From positions 20,026,001 through 20,090,000 of the forward strand of contig NC_043016.1 in assembly GCF_006345805.1 (NCBI RefSeq): a stretch of DNA of 64,000 nucleotides, written 5' to 3'. The position numbers were made by a program, and so were the translations under genes. The first letter of the stretch is position 1. The number at the start of each line of letters is the position of its first letter. Origin of the DNA: Octopus sinensis (taxonomy: Eukaryota). Below the pieces are notes generated by a model. That model was given only the letters and a program-made list of their open reading frames with translations, did not search any database and was not told where the DNA came from. Shown here piece after piece: positions 62,010 through 64,000 of the stretch.

Positions 62010-62343
62010 ACGGTGCAGATGTGTCTCTTTGGGTGATAAATAGACATAACTCATTAGAATAACAGTTCTGCAATGCATCTTTTCAGTTCGTGTAAAGAAA
62101 AGCAGCAAATTGAAGAACAGAGCTTCATTTATATAGAAAATCATTAATAAAATAACTTTGTTCACTGTATTACGTGTCTGTTTCTTTTTTGCATCTGTTA
62201 TTTTATTATTGATCTTCTATATAAATAAAGACATGCCCTTTAATTTGCTACTTTTCTTTATAAGGAATAACAAGATACATCGCAGAAGTGTTATTTTAAC
62301 GAGTTATATCTATTTATCACCTGAAGAGACACATCTACACCGT
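62010..62343. mobile_element. Foldback MITE-like element (~145-bp arms)
   Basis: acggtgcagatgtgtctc... / ...gagacacatctacaccgt; arms about 80% identical by eye; short spacer. Confidence 0.75.
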
Positions 62344-62509
62344 TTGATGTCCCTGAACCAGTTGTTAAGTATCCCACCCATAAGATATAGATGCTAGATG
62401 GGTCATAACAATTTTAGTGATTAATATAAATTCTTGTATCTTCCATCTTCTGTCTCTCATTAACCAAATATTGTTCATCATAGTACACTAGGCAATAACA
62501 GAGGAATTT

Positions 62510-63690
62510 AAGACGGGCTGCCCCTGGAGCTCCTCTATGCTGATGTCCTTATTCTTATAGCTGAATCACTACCAGAACTAGAAGTTTCAGGTATGGAAAC
62601 AAGGTCTAGAATTGAAGGGCCTTAGAATAAACCTAGCAAAAACCAAAGTTTTAGTAAGTAAGAAGGCAGACAAATTACAAATCCCTTCAGGTAGATGGCC
62701 TTGCTCAAACTGTAGAAAAGGTATAGGTAGAAATTCCATAAGATGTACTTGTTGTAAGCTATGGACATGTAAGAGGTGCAGCAATATCAGAGGAAGGTTA
62801 ACAAGGAAAATAGCTTTTGTTTGTGGAAGGTGCACAGGTACAATAAATGCAGAAAATAGGGGAGCAAGCTAGAGGTAATACATAGCTTTCATTAGCTAGG
62901 TGACCAAGTTAGTAGCAGAGGTGGATGCTCTGAGAGCGTAGCCATGAGAATAAGAATAGGCTGGGCAAAGTTCAGAGAGCTCCTACCTCTGCTGGCAACA
63001 AAGGGCCTCCCCAACAGAGTGAAAGACAGATTGTATGATACCTGTGTGAGAACAGCAATGCTATATGCCAGTGAAACATGGGCTGTGACATCCAAGGACT
63101 TGATAGGCTTGAAAGAAATGAAACCAGTATGATTCACTGGATGTGCTATGTCAGTGTGCATGTTTGACAGAATGTAAGTATATTGAGAGAAAAGTTAGGC
63201 ATAAGAGGCACTGGATATGGTATGCAAGAGACTACTGCACTAGTATGGTCATATAATGCGCATGGATGAGGGCAGCTGTGTAGAGAAGTGCCAATCTGTA
63301 ACTATGGAGGGATCCTGTGGTAGAGGTAGACCCAAGAAGACATGGAATGAGGTGGTGAAACATGATTTTTAAACTTTGGGACTTACAGAGGCAATGACTA
63401 GTAACTGAGACCTCTGGCAATATGCAATGCTTAAGAAGACCCATCAAGCCAAGTGAAATCACAGTCATGGCAGATACGAGTGTCACACAAATGGCATCTG
63501 TACCAGTGGCACATAAAAGCATCCATTACACTCTTGGAGTGGTTGGTGTTAGGGAAGGCATCCAGTTGTAGAAACCATGCCAAATCAGACAGGAGTCTGG
63601 TGCAGCCTTCTAGCTTGCCAGCCCTTGTCAAACTGTCCAACCCATGCCAACATAGACAACGGATGTTAAATGATGATGATGATGATGATG
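62510..63690 (+). mobile_element. RTE LINE 3' part: RT C-terminus with PHD-like insertion, 3' UTR and (GAT)n tail
   Basis: GLRINLAKTKVL, WPCSNCRKGIGRNSIRCTCCKLWTCKRCS..VCGRC, RIRIGWAKFRELLPLL, VRTAMLYASETW, GRPKKTWNEVVKHD; several frameshifts. Confidence 0.9.
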
Positions 63691-64000
63691 TTGATGATAT
63701 ATATAAATATCATTGTCATCATTTCAACATTCACTTTTGCATGCCTGCACGGGTTGGGCAGAGCTTATTGAGACAGATTTTCTTTAGCCAGATGTCCTTC
63801 TTGTCATCAATTCATACATGCTTTGTATAGTTTCCTTCTAAATTTCGTTCACCCAAAGTCAACATTGAAGAAACATGCCCAAGAAATTACACTGTAAGAC
63901 TGGACCCTAGAATTTCATGATTGTGAAACAAAGTTTCTAATCACATGTCATGCCAGTGGCACAGTGAGTATTTATTTTTAAAATGTTATCGTAGCAGCTG

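Overview
AT-rich, repeat-dense animal genomic DNA. The repeat families and microsatellite load look like a coleoid cephalopod, most likely Octopus (inference). Two spliced genes lie tail-to-tail, and both lack their 5' exons in this window. (1) A CCDC42/CFAP73-family coiled-coil gene on the + strand: last 6 coding exons, 1533-16956, 669 nt, 222 aa plus stop. (2) THOC5 (THO/TREX complex subunit) on the - strand: last 15 coding exons, 56518-26874, 1692 nt, 563 aa plus stop. All exons were found by hand, have GT-AG boundaries and join in frame. Nearly everything else is transposon-derived: RTE LINE fragments and their VNTR-bearing 3' UTRs, two R4/Dong-type LINE remnants, several tRNA-derived SINE families, piggyBac derivatives and TTAA MITEs, Tc1/mariner and Chapaev-like remnants, a non-autonomous Helitron, and Penelope-like ends. 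The most notable observations are: a set of minimal type-I hammerhead ribozyme motifs (three with a CCGANGA core in place of CUGANGA, one inside a 330-bp near-perfect palindrome, one downstream of a Pol III tRNA-like head); a PHD-like finger inserted inside the RTE reverse transcriptase; and several long intronic inverted repeats that could form dsRNA in THOC5 pre-mRNA. No true tRNA, rRNA or CRISPR was found. All alignments, identities and folds were done by eye, with no database searches.
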